Shown here: one piece after another, positions 1 through 7,591 of the stretch
Position numbering within the stretch: the first letter of the stretch is position 1
Layout: the number at the start of each line of letters is the position of its first letter
Origin: an uncultured Oscillospiraceae bacterium
GTDB lineage: Bacteria; Bacillota; Clostridia; Saccharofermentanales; UBA5734
Direction of reading: 5' to 3'
DNA: 46,333 nucleotides
NCBI GenBank assembly: GCA_964534195.1
Contig: CAZHQX010000002.1
Location: 1 to 46,333 of the forward strand
Position numbers and translations under genes: made by a program
The notes under the pieces: model-generated
The model's database searches: none
What the model was told of the DNA's origin: nothing
What the model saw: the letters and a program-made list of their open reading frames with translations, nothing else

Positions 1-217
1 AATGAATGGAAAAGGATTCCTCCTCGGGATGATCCTGCCATTGTTCACCTGAATGTGTGTCCAATGTACAAATGACATCAGCACCTGCACTCTGATATTG
101 CTCGATTCTCCCAACTATCGCATTTTCAATAGCCTGAGCCGGAGCGCCAGCAGTCAGTTTACCATCATCAGCAACAAAATCCACCTGATAATCTATAACC
201 AGTAACAACTTTTTCAT
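1..217 (-). CDS. Isochorismatase-family cysteine hydrolase (nicotinamidase-like), N-terminal fragment; gene runs off the left window edge
   Basis: Absent from the ORF track because it is open at the window edge. Minus-strand ATG at 217, GGAGG at 226-230 (rc). Translation MKKLLLVIDYQVDFVADDGKLTAGAPAQAIENAIVGRIEQYQSAGADVICTLDTHSGEQW fits the LxxIDxQxDF ... DTH N-terminal pattern of isochorismatase/PncA-like hydrolases. Confidence 0.6.
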   Translation of the reverse strand, partial: MKKLLLVIDYQVDFVADDGKLTAGAPAQAIENAIVGRIEQYQSAGADVICTLDTHSGEQWQDHPEEESFSIH

Positions 218-294
218 ACCGCATACCTCCAGTCATAGAAATTCTATCACTGTAGTGTTGTAATTAATAGATTTAACTGTGACAGAAATTTGAA

Positions 295-1200
295 TTAGGC
301 TCTGTCCTTTATCTTTTTAAGACGGCTCTTTTTGAATGGCTTATCATTCCGGACGCTGGGAGCAAGCGGCGGTTCATCAACAGCATGTACTTTTACTGTC
401 AAAGCTGCCAGCTCATTTTCAGAACCCTTGTACCTGGCTGCTTCGCATATTGAATTAGCCAAACTGGCAAAAGCCTCCGGCTTAGTCAGAAGCTCAGCAA
501 TTTCGTCGTTACATAGGGCGCCAGTTATTTCAGAAGATAGCAACAAAATTATATCTCCCTTTTTCAAAGGCATACGGTTCAAATTGGCTGGAACAAGCCT
601 GTTATCTCTTGATCTGAACCCTAGGAAGAAGTCCTGTGCCAACATATCAGCCTTATCTATTGGGTCCGTGATTCGATAAAATTTGTCATCTCTGTACAAA
701 GCCAGCAATGAATCTCCAACACTGTAGGTATATGCGATATCATTCTCGATCATGATCCAAGCAAGTGAAGTACCGGTAATTATACCCTGCCATGCTGTCA
801 ACTGCTGTCTGACCGCATGATCAGCATTTTCGCTGACCATATCTGCCAAATCAGCAATATCCAAATACTTGCTGTCATGCTTCCTGATATAGTCACCAAT
901 ATCAAAAAGCAACGATTCCAAAGCTGTCTTGGCTGCTATTCTGCCTGCTGAACCTGCTGTGACTCCTTCTGATAATCCAAATATCTGCACAGGCAGATCA
1001 CTAACGCTTCGGTCAGTACATTCCAGCGAGAGGTTATCAGATATCTCAGATGAACTGCCTTTTTTCAAGCATACAGAAGAAGCAGAATCTGAACTGTTTC
1101 CGATCCGCAGAATATCATCAACTGCCAGTACTGCGTTAACACCGCATCTGTCAGCAATGCTTCCCTTTATAACTGATGAAATAATTGTTTTCGCTATCAT
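295..1200 (-). CDS. PP2C/PPM-fold protein with degenerate catalytic motifs (possible pseudophosphatase)
   Basis: GTSLAWIMI..YSVGDSLLALYRDDKFYRITDP, GDIILLLSSEITG and GSENELAALTVKV align to PP2C motifs of PrpC/Stp-type phosphatases. Start is uncertain. ATG 1200 has no SD and lies 7 nt after an extended -10 TGTTAGAAT (1208-1216 rc), so the mRNA may be leaderless. The alternative is TTG 1227. Confidence 0.6.
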   Translation of the reverse strand: MIAKTIISSVIKGSIADRCGVNAVLAVDDILRIGNSSDSASSVCLKKGSSSEISDNLSLECTDRSVSDLPVQIFGLSEGVTAGSAGRIAAKTALESLLFDIGDYIRKHDSKYLDIADLADMVSENADHAVRQQLTAWQGIITGTSLAWIMIENDIAYTYSVGDSLLALYRDDKFYRITDPIDKADMLAQDFFLGFRSRDNRLVPANLNRMPLKKGDIILLLSSEITGALCNDEIAELLTKPEAFASLANSICEAARYKGSENELAALTVKVHAVDEPPLAPSVRNDKPFKKSRLKKIKDRA

Positions 1201-1283
1201 GTCAGTTATTCTAACACATAGAAACAAAAAATATAGCGTATGTTTCTGCCTGCAAACTGTAATAAAACAGTTTATTTACATTA

Positions 1284-1292
1284 TGCTATAAT
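1284..1292 (+). promoter_or_regulatory. Extended -10 promoter element TGCTATAAT upstream of the DUF3048 gene
   Basis: TGCTATAAT lies 31 nt upstream of ATG 1323. A 7-bp inverted repeat AAACTGT/ACAGTTT (1254-1273) sits where a -35 would be. Confidence 0.4.
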
Positions 1293-1322
1293 TTTATCAA
1301 ATCGATCCAAGGGGGTTCCATT

Positions 1323-2525
1323 ATGCCGGTACAAGACAATGAAGCAAAGGAAGATAAAAATACCGTGAAACAAAAGATTGATAAGAAGAAACCAATTGAC
1401 CACAAAAAAATTATTATTATTCTTGCAGCTGCTTTCATTATCATAATAGCTTCTGTGATCATTGGTATTGGAGCATGTTCAAAAAAAGAAGCTCCGGTCG
1501 TAGAAACTACTGAGTCTGCTACGAGTACGACCACCACAGAAAAGATCACTACAACTACAACTCAGGCAACAACTGAAACTGAATCTTTAGATATTGAATT
1601 CGAGAATCCTTTGACCGGACTTGAAATGGGTAGCGAAGAGCTCACAGGTCAGAGACCGGTTGCCTTCATGATCAATAATGTCAAAGTTGCAACTCCCCAT
1701 ATCGGTGTTGGTCATGCGGATGTTGTGTTTGAAATGGAGGTTGAATATGGCTTAACCAGAATGATGGCCTATTTTGCCAGCGTAGATACAGTTCCGGAAA
1801 TTGGTTCAATCAGGAGCATTAGACACAATTTTGTTGATCTGGCTGGTGCATTTGACGCGATCCCAGTTCATGTCGGAGCTTCATATATGGGCAACAATCA
1901 GATGGGAGCACAAAACACAGATCATCTCGATTATGGAGTTCTGCCGAATAATTTCTGGCGTGATGAAGCCTGGATGAGAGATCGAGGCTATGAGCATAGT
2001 GTTAGAACGACTGGAGAGCTGCTAAGGCAAGCTATTGACGCAAAAGACATGAGAATTGATATAGATCCTGATTATACAGAGCCATTCAAATTCAGAGATA
2101 GTTTCGATATAGAGCCTGCAGGCGATATAGACGCGATCAATGTCGATATTCCTGTCACCTATGCACAAAGAGCTTCTGTAAAATACAATGAAGATGAACA
2201 GGCTTATGAGAAAACAGAGCATGGCGCTGTACAAGTGGATTTCGCAGATGGCAAACCCTATCTTTATACAAATGTCATCATCATCAGAACTTCTGTTACT
2301 GAAGCCGCTGACATACTCAGAGAGATCGATCTCAAGAGCGGCGGCAGCGGACATTATATCAGCGGCGGCAAGGCCGCAGAAATAAACTGGTCTAAGGGCA
2401 GTACTTATGACCAGTTCAAGTTCACATATACAGATGGTAAAGAAGTGGAGTTCAATCGCGGCAAATTTTATATTGCTGTAATCAGTCAGGCCGGAGATAT
2501 AGTCTTCTCAGGCCAAGGCGGCTAA
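1323..2525 (+). CDS. DUF3048 (YerB-like) membrane-anchored/lipoprotein
   Basis: SD AAGGGGG 7 nt upstream. Lys-rich tail, a TM helix ending in lipobox-like IGAC, and a Thr-rich linker. Then ENPLTG..RPVAFMINN..HADVVFEMEVEYGLTRMMA, typical of DUF3048 proteins. Confidence 0.7.
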   Translation: MPVQDNEAKEDKNTVKQKIDKKKPIDHKKIIIILAAAFIIIIASVIIGIGACSKKEAPVVETTESATSTTTTEKITTTTTQATTETESLDIEFENPLTGLEMGSEELTGQRPVAFMINNVKVATPHIGVGHADVVFEMEVEYGLTRMMAYFASVDTVPEIGSIRSIRHNFVDLAGAFDAIPVHVGASYMGNNQMGAQNTDHLDYGVLPNNFWRDEAWMRDRGYEHSVRTTGELLRQAIDAKDMRIDIDPDYTEPFKFRDSFDIEPAGDIDAINVDIPVTYAQRASVKYNEDEQAYEKTEHGAVQVDFADGKPYLYTNVIIIRTSVTEAADILREIDLKSGGSGHYISGGKAAEINWSKGSTYDQFKFTYTDGKEVEFNRGKFYIAVISQAGDIVFSGQGG

Positions 2526-2541
2526 CCCAGATAAATAGTGA

Positions 2542-3021
2542 TCAGTCATCACCCTTTCGACCGCTGTCCTTGAGACGGCGGTCGATTTCTCTTTTTGCCT
2601 GTTTAGCAGCTTCATCGTGTCTCTTATCGTAGAGCTTTTTGCCTCTGGCGACACTTACCTCAACTTTTACCTTGCCATTTTTGAAATATACCTTGGTCGG
2701 TACCAAGGTCAAGCCTTGCTGCTTAACCAGACCGAAAAGCCTCAATATCTCCCGCTTATGCATCAATAGCTTTCTATTTCTAATAGGATCCGGGTTAAAC
2801 CTGTTACCCTGCTCATAAGGGCTTATATGCATACCATAAATGAATAGCTCTCCGTTCATGATCCCAGCATAGCTCTCCTTGAGGTTTATCTTCCCTTGTC
2901 TTATAGATTTGACCTCGGTTCCCGTCAGCTCTATTCCAGCCTCAAGCCGCTCATCTATATGATAATCATGATAAGCCTTACGATTTTCTGCTACCAGCTT
3001 ATACTTTTTTTCCTGAACCAT
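2542..3021 (-). CDS. smpB: SsrA-binding protein SmpB
   Basis: 159 aa. [54 protein letters not shown] is the canonical SmpB sequence. Confidence 0.95.
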   Translation of the reverse strand: MVQEKKYKLVAENRKAYHDYHIDERLEAGIELTGTEVKSIRQGKINLKESYAGIMNGELFIYGMHISPYEQGNRFNPDPIRNRKLLMHKREILRLFGLVKQQGLTLVPTKVYFKNGKVKVEVSVARGKKLYDKRHDEAAKQAKREIDRRLKDSGRKGDD

Positions 3022-3093
3022 TTAACACTCTCTTTCCAGAATCTTTCATTTTTTGTATCAATAACAGAGCACTGATATCGTCACATAAAATGA

Positions 3094-3264
3094 ATATTCA
3101 CAAGGTTATGCACACTATCCACAGAGTTATCCACATTTAACGTTGCTTTTACCGTTTGATAATGCCGATTTTACAAGCTTTGTCGTATTTTGTCGAACTT
3201 TGTCCACATTTGTCGAATATGAATATTCCACAGCCTATAAGTGAATATTCATATTTTATACACA
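3094..3264 (+). promoter_or_regulatory. Cluster of same-orientation DnaA boxes (TTATCCACA-like) in the tsaD-smpB spacer
   Basis: Perfect TTATCCACA at 3127-3135. One-mismatch boxes at 3106-3114, 3115-3123, 3200-3208 and 3256-3264. Two-mismatch boxes at 3094-3102 and 3224-3232. All are on the + strand. Confidence 0.5.
3179..3218 (+). repeat. Four tandem 10-bp units TTTGTCG(T/A)A(T/C) / TTTGTCCACA
   Basis: TTTGTCGTAT TTTGTCGAAC TTTGTCCACA TTTGTCGAAT read directly from the sequence. The 10-bp period places the units on one helix face. The third unit is itself a DnaA-like box. Confidence 0.7.
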
Positions 3265-3281
3265 TCACTGTCATTGCATGC

Positions 3282-4316
3282 TCAGAGGTCCAGACTGGCA
3301 GACGCATTTAAATCGAGGGAAGACTTCTCGCCTATCTTCCAGCGATAGTAACCAGCTGATGCTATCATAGCAGCGTTATCTGTGCATAGAATCAACGGAG
3401 GAAATGATAACACAAGGCCTCTCCGGTCGGCTTCGTTCTTCATCAGCTCTCTCAGAGCGCTATTGGCTGAAACTCCTCCTGCCATAACTACGCGTTTGAT
3501 CTGCAGCTCTTCTGCAGCCTTCATTGTATGCTGAACCAGTACATCAACGATCGCATGCTGATAGGTCGCAGCGAAATCCTGCAGACTTAGTATCTCATGC
3601 CAGCTGAGGCCTTCTCTGTCTGCCTGCTGCTTCAATTGATTAAGCTGGTTCAGCGCAGCCGTTTTCAATCCACTGAAGGAAAAATCAAGGCTGTTATCAA
3701 AATGTGTACGCGGCAGATAAAAAGCATCAATTCTGCCACCTACTGCTGCTTGGTCCATCAATGGCCCGCCAGGATAACCCAGTCCTGTAGCTCTGGCAAG
3801 CTTGTCAAAAGCCTCACCGGCAGCATCATCTCTCGTTCTAGCTATAACCTCAAACTCATTATAGCCGCGAACAACAACCAGATGACTATGAGCACCAGAT
3901 ACGACCAGACAGAGAAAAGGCGGCTCAAGTGTAGGATCAGCAAGATAGTTAGCAGCAATATGACCAGCGATGTGCTGAACACCAACCAAAGGCTTTCCTG
4001 CAGCCATTGCCAACCCCTTGGCAGCAGATAAACCAACCAGCAAGGCCCCGACGAGGCCGGGTCCATAGGTAACTGCGATCGCATCGATGTCTGTCAGCTT
4101 CACCTCTGCCTCTCTCAAGGCCTGATCAATTACCGGAAGAATTGCTTCTACATGCATCCGTGAAGCGATCTCCGGAACAACACCACCAAACTGTTGATGG
4201 AAATCAGCTTGTGACGCGATTACATTTGACAGTATTGCTCTGCCATCAGCAACAACCGCCGCAGCGGTTTCATCACATGATGATTCTATCCCGAGGATCA
4301 ATTTTCTAGCCTTCAT
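3282..4316 (-). CDS. tsaD: tRNA N6-adenosine threonylcarbamoyltransferase TsaD
   Basis: ILGIESSCDETAAAVV..FGGVVPEIASRMH..GPGLVGALLVG..HIAGHI is the Kae1/TsaD signature. Confidence 0.95.
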   Translation of the reverse strand: MKARKLILGIESSCDETAAAVVADGRAILSNVIASQADFHQQFGGVVPEIASRMHVEAILPVIDQALREAEVKLTDIDAIAVTYGPGLVGALLVGLSAAKGLAMAAGKPLVGVQHIAGHIAANYLADPTLEPPFLCLVVSGAHSHLVVVRGYNEFEVIARTRDDAAGEAFDKLARATGLGYPGGPLMDQAAVGGRIDAFYLPRTHFDNSLDFSFSGLKTAALNQLNQLKQQADREGLSWHEILSLQDFAATYQHAIVDVLVQHTMKAAEELQIKRVVMAGGVSANSALRELMKNEADRRGLVLSFPPLILCTDNAAMIASAGYYRWKIGEKSSLDLNASASLDL

Positions 4317-4351
4317 TACGCATCTCCAAATTTCATTACATCAAGATCAGC

Positions 4352-5257
4352 TCAAAACACTATGTGCAGCCAATTCTGATCTATCAGAACCATTAGTCCA
4401 AGAATAATGACATAAACAGCAAAAACCAGCAGTCCCTTTGAAGTAAGCTTCTTGAGCATATAGTTCATAGCCAACCAGCCAGAGAAAAACGCTGATGCTA
4501 TACCCACTATGATGATAAAAGGGTCTAACTGTGTCAGTGCCGTAGTCTCGCCACCAAACATTTTTAGTATGTCGAGTAAAAATCCGCCGGCGATGGCAGG
4601 AATAGACATTAGAAATGAAAATCTGACGGCCTTCTTGCGGTCAATTTTGCAAAACAGCAGAGCTGCAAGAGTAGAGCCGGAACGTGATATACCCGGCAAT
4701 ATCGCCACAGCTTGACCTAAACCAGCGATTAGTGCTTCTTTGTAAGATATCTCTTTTGGCAATCTGTTGACGGCTGTTACCTCTGAAGCATTATCACTGT
4801 CATCAGATAAAGGCTCAGCTGATATCTCATCCTTTTGGATCGAAGCAGCTCTAACCAGCTTGGCTTGATGCATACTCTTATCCTGCTTGATCATAAGTGT
4901 ACTTAGCAAAATCAAACCGGTCATCAGGAATGAAAAGCCCAATGATCCGCCTGCAAACAGCTCATCAAGAAAATCCCCAAGAAGGACAGCAGCTATAACT
5001 GCCGGGATTGTCGCAATTATGATCAACCAGGTCATTTTGCCGAAAATGTCAAGAATAATGCTCTTGATATCCTTGCGCATGACTATGAATACAGCGATCA
5101 AAGTGCCAACATGAAGCAAAGTTGTAAACGACAGCATAATGCTGCTGTCTACATCAAACACCTTACCGAACAAGGTTAGATGGCCCGAGCTGCTGACTGG
5201 TATAAACTCAGTTATACCCTGTATCAATCCAAGTATCAAAGCTTCAAAAAAGTTCAT
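4352..5257 (-). CDS. uppP: Undecaprenyl-diphosphate phosphatase UppP/BacA
   Basis: N-terminus ALILGLIQGITEFIPVSSSGHL and GISRSGST motif. It carries a central acidic insertion of about 40 aa (QDKSMHQAKLVRAASIQKDEISAEPLSDDSDNASEV). Confidence 0.9.
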   Translation of the reverse strand: MNFFEALILGLIQGITEFIPVSSSGHLTLFGKVFDVDSSIMLSFTTLLHVGTLIAVFIVMRKDIKSIILDIFGKMTWLIIIATIPAVIAAVLLGDFLDELFAGGSLGFSFLMTGLILLSTLMIKQDKSMHQAKLVRAASIQKDEISAEPLSDDSDNASEVTAVNRLPKEISYKEALIAGLGQAVAILPGISRSGSTLAALLFCKIDRKKAVRFSFLMSIPAIAGGFLLDILKMFGGETTALTQLDPFIIIVGIASAFFSGWLAMNYMLKKLTSKGLLVFAVYVIILGLMVLIDQNWLHIVF

Positions 5258-5365
5258 CTGCTAAATAGATGCCAGCTGCGGCATCTGCCTCCCTTTTACC
5301 TATATATAATCATAAAGAATAATCACATAACCGGTGTCAATTTTACCACAATCTGACAGTCAGCG

Positions 5366-5374
5366 TGCTATAAT
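5366..5374 (+). promoter_or_regulatory. Extended -10 promoter element TGCTATAAT for the alpha/beta hydrolase gene
   Basis: TGCTATAAT about 80 nt upstream of the GTG start at 5456. No good -35. Confidence 0.35.
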
Positions 5375-5455
5375 GAATCACGTTTATTACAAATACAATA
5401 TACAACGCTGGCAAAAGCCAGTTTGGGTGGACTAAGTTCAGAAGCGGAGACAATA

Positions 5456-6475
5456 GTGAAGTCAGGCAGCAGCATTGAAAAAATAAGAGGCGAGAGACAT
5501 TTACCTAAACGAATCAACAGATTCGCGATCGTTGCCGCCGCTATCGCCTTGATTCTGGTAGCTATTATTATTCTAACATTCGTACAAGCCGATAAAATAA
5601 TGAGAGCCCCAGGCAAAGAGCTGGCAAGCTTCACAAGTAATATCATGCCAGATTACAGGCTTGCCACATTCCCTTCTCTTGATGAACAAACTCGTTTATC
5701 AGGTTGGTTCTTCCCTGCCAAGGGAGACCCCATAAGCACAGTGGTAATAATACATGATAATGGCAGCAACAGACTGCAATTTGATCTCGATAGCCCCGCT
5801 CTTTTCGACTATCTTGTAAACAAAGGCCTGAATGTGCTGGCTTTTGATCTAAGATTTTCGGGTCAGTCTGACGGTACGATGTCAACCTATGGCTATAGTG
5901 AGTGGGAGGATGTTTTAGCTGCGATTCAGTACGCCCGCCAATTTGCGTCAACTGAGGATGTTGTTCTCTACGGCTTCGGCAGCGGAGTTTCAGCAGCCCT
6001 GATGGCCTGGGAGGAACTGCCAGCCAGCGGAACCGACCCTGAAGATATCCCTTCAAAACTTAAGCTTATAACCTACGATCGCAGCTATATCAGAGCAGTT
6101 ATACTAGACACGCCGGCTATCTCGCCGGATGAATACATCAGAGCTGATGCCAGAAAAACTGGCCCTGTTGGCCGTTATTTACTACAGTATACTGTGCCTT
6201 ACGCAGTTAGGCTATCGGCTGGGCACAGCAAAACTTCCAACCTGGTCACTATAGTCTCACAAATGCCTATACCTGCTTTGATCATATGGTCTGATACCGA
6301 TGAGCATATTGAATCAGCTTCAACTCAGGCATTTATTCAAGAACGCATTAGACTATATCCCGCGAACACTCAAATCTACGAGGCAGAAGCCGATGACTAT
6401 CTTGGCAGCTGGCTCAGTGATCAAACAGCTTATATTGAATCGCTTGATCGTTTTATCACTAGATATTTACGTTGA
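5456..6475 (+). CDS. Membrane-anchored alpha/beta-fold hydrolase
   Basis: N-terminal TM (FAIVAAAIALILVAIIILTFV), then VVIIHDNGSN, FDLRFSGQSDG and a nucleophile-elbow-like GFGSGVSAA. GTG 5456 has GGAG 6 nt upstream, whereas the track start TTG 5423 has no SD. Confidence 0.65.
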   Translation: MKSGSSIEKIRGERHLPKRINRFAIVAAAIALILVAIIILTFVQADKIMRAPGKELASFTSNIMPDYRLATFPSLDEQTRLSGWFFPAKGDPISTVVIIHDNGSNRLQFDLDSPALFDYLVNKGLNVLAFDLRFSGQSDGTMSTYGYSEWEDVLAAIQYARQFASTEDVVLYGFGSGVSAALMAWEELPASGTDPEDIPSKLKLITYDRSYIRAVILDTPAISPDEYIRADARKTGPVGRYLLQYTVPYAVRLSAGHSKTSNLVTIVSQMPIPALIIWSDTDEHIESASTQAFIQERIRLYPANTQIYEAEADDYLGSWLSDQTAYIESLDRFITRYLR

Positions 6476-6503
6476 CAAACCAGGGAACAATGCCACAAAA
6501 GAC

Positions 6504-7493
6504 CTAAAACATATCCCGCCTATTCAACAGCCAAATCGTCAAGGCCACAGAGCCTATACATAAGCTGAGAATAATTATGAACGGCCATGGATTCCCGGCA
6601 AAAGCCGAGCCGTCAAATGGAAGTGGAATATTCTGACCGAAAAAGCTGGTAAATATGTTGGGAATAGAAAGAACTATCGTCATGGCAGCCATAAATTTCA
6701 TAACAACATTAAGGTTGTTAGAAATAATAGAAGCGTAAGCATCCATTGTTCCATTGATTATAGAAGCATATATATTGGCCATTTCCAAAGCCTGCTTATA
6801 TTCAATAAGCACGTCCTCGAGCAGTTCGGAATCTTCCTCATACTGCTTGATAAACCTGCTGCGCATCAGCTTTTCCAAAACAGCCTCATTAGACTTAAGC
6901 GAAGTTGAGAAATAGATCAATGATTTGCCTAACTCCATCAGCTTAAATAGCTCGCGGTTGCTGATAGATTTGCTGAGCTGATGCTCAGCTGAATCAATGG
7001 TTTTATCCATGTAACGCAATAATTTCAAATAATCCTTAGCACCAGCATACATGATTTGAAAAGTAAATCTGGTTTTGAAGCCAGTTACGAAATCACGAAC
7101 ACGGTTATTTCTAAATGGATCAAGCACACTTGCTTCACGCAAAGACACAGTAACAAGAGATTTAGCTGCTAAAATGATTCCCATTGGCTGTGTTTCATAC
7201 TTAGCCTGAGGACCATCTCTTCTTATATATGGGAAGTCAGCAATGATAAGCTGTGTAGAACCATCATCATCTAAATCGATACGAGGTCTCTCTTCCTCAT
7301 CCAGTGCATAACGCAAAAACTCAGGCGGAAGATCAAGCTCCTGTTCCACACGCTTAAGCTCATCTTCTGTTGGTGCATATAGATTTACCCAGCAATCTTC
7401 TCTTATCTGATCAATTGATTCTAGCTCATAGACAGTTCTGCCATTTACCGAGCGAATATGAGAGTAAAATATTTCAAGCATGGTCTTCCTCAC
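6504..7493 (-). CDS. CorA-family divalent cation channel (GQN variant of the GMN motif)
   Basis: Two C-terminal TM helices flank FFGQNIPLPF, in the position of YGMNF..MPE. The N-terminal cytoplasmic domain has CorA-like length. SD GAGGA 5 nt upstream. Confidence 0.8.
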   Translation of the reverse strand: MRKTMLEIFYSHIRSVNGRTVYELESIDQIREDCWVNLYAPTEDELKRVEQELDLPPEFLRYALDEEERPRIDLDDDGSTQLIIADFPYIRRDGPQAKYETQPMGIILAAKSLVTVSLREASVLDPFRNNRVRDFVTGFKTRFTFQIMYAGAKDYLKLLRYMDKTIDSAEHQLSKSISNRELFKLMELGKSLIYFSTSLKSNEAVLEKLMRSRFIKQYEEDSELLEDVLIEYKQALEMANIYASIINGTMDAYASIISNNLNVVMKFMAAMTIVLSIPNIFTSFFGQNIPLPFDGSAFAGNPWPFIIILSLCIGSVALTIWLLNRRDMF

Positions 7494-7591
7494 ATTCGTT
7501 TTTTACTTACAGTCAATAATTTTTAGACCTCTGACCGCTCCTTCGAGTATAATCCTAAAAACAGCATTTTTCTACACAACAATATTAAAAA

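Noticed and set aside
3022-3281. Could the DnaA-box cluster be the chromosomal origin (oriC)?
   Set aside because: There is no dnaA, dnaN or rpmH nearby. I recognised no AT-rich unwinding element or DnaA-trio next to the boxes. Coding-strand bias also does not flip here, because smpB on one side and tsaD/uppP on the other are all on the minus strand. I kept it as a secondary DnaA-box cluster instead.
2526-3281. tmRNA (ssrA) gene expected next to smpB
   Set aside because: Downstream of smpB there are only 16 nt before the convergent DUF3048 gene. The upstream spacer lacks a tRNA-like acceptor/T-arm or a resume-codon tag ORF that I can recognise. ssrA must be elsewhere.
7494-7591. M-box (ykoK) Mg2+ riboswitch upstream of the CorA-family gene
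   Set aside because: The spacer is only 98 nt, much shorter than an M-box, and shows no extended structure.
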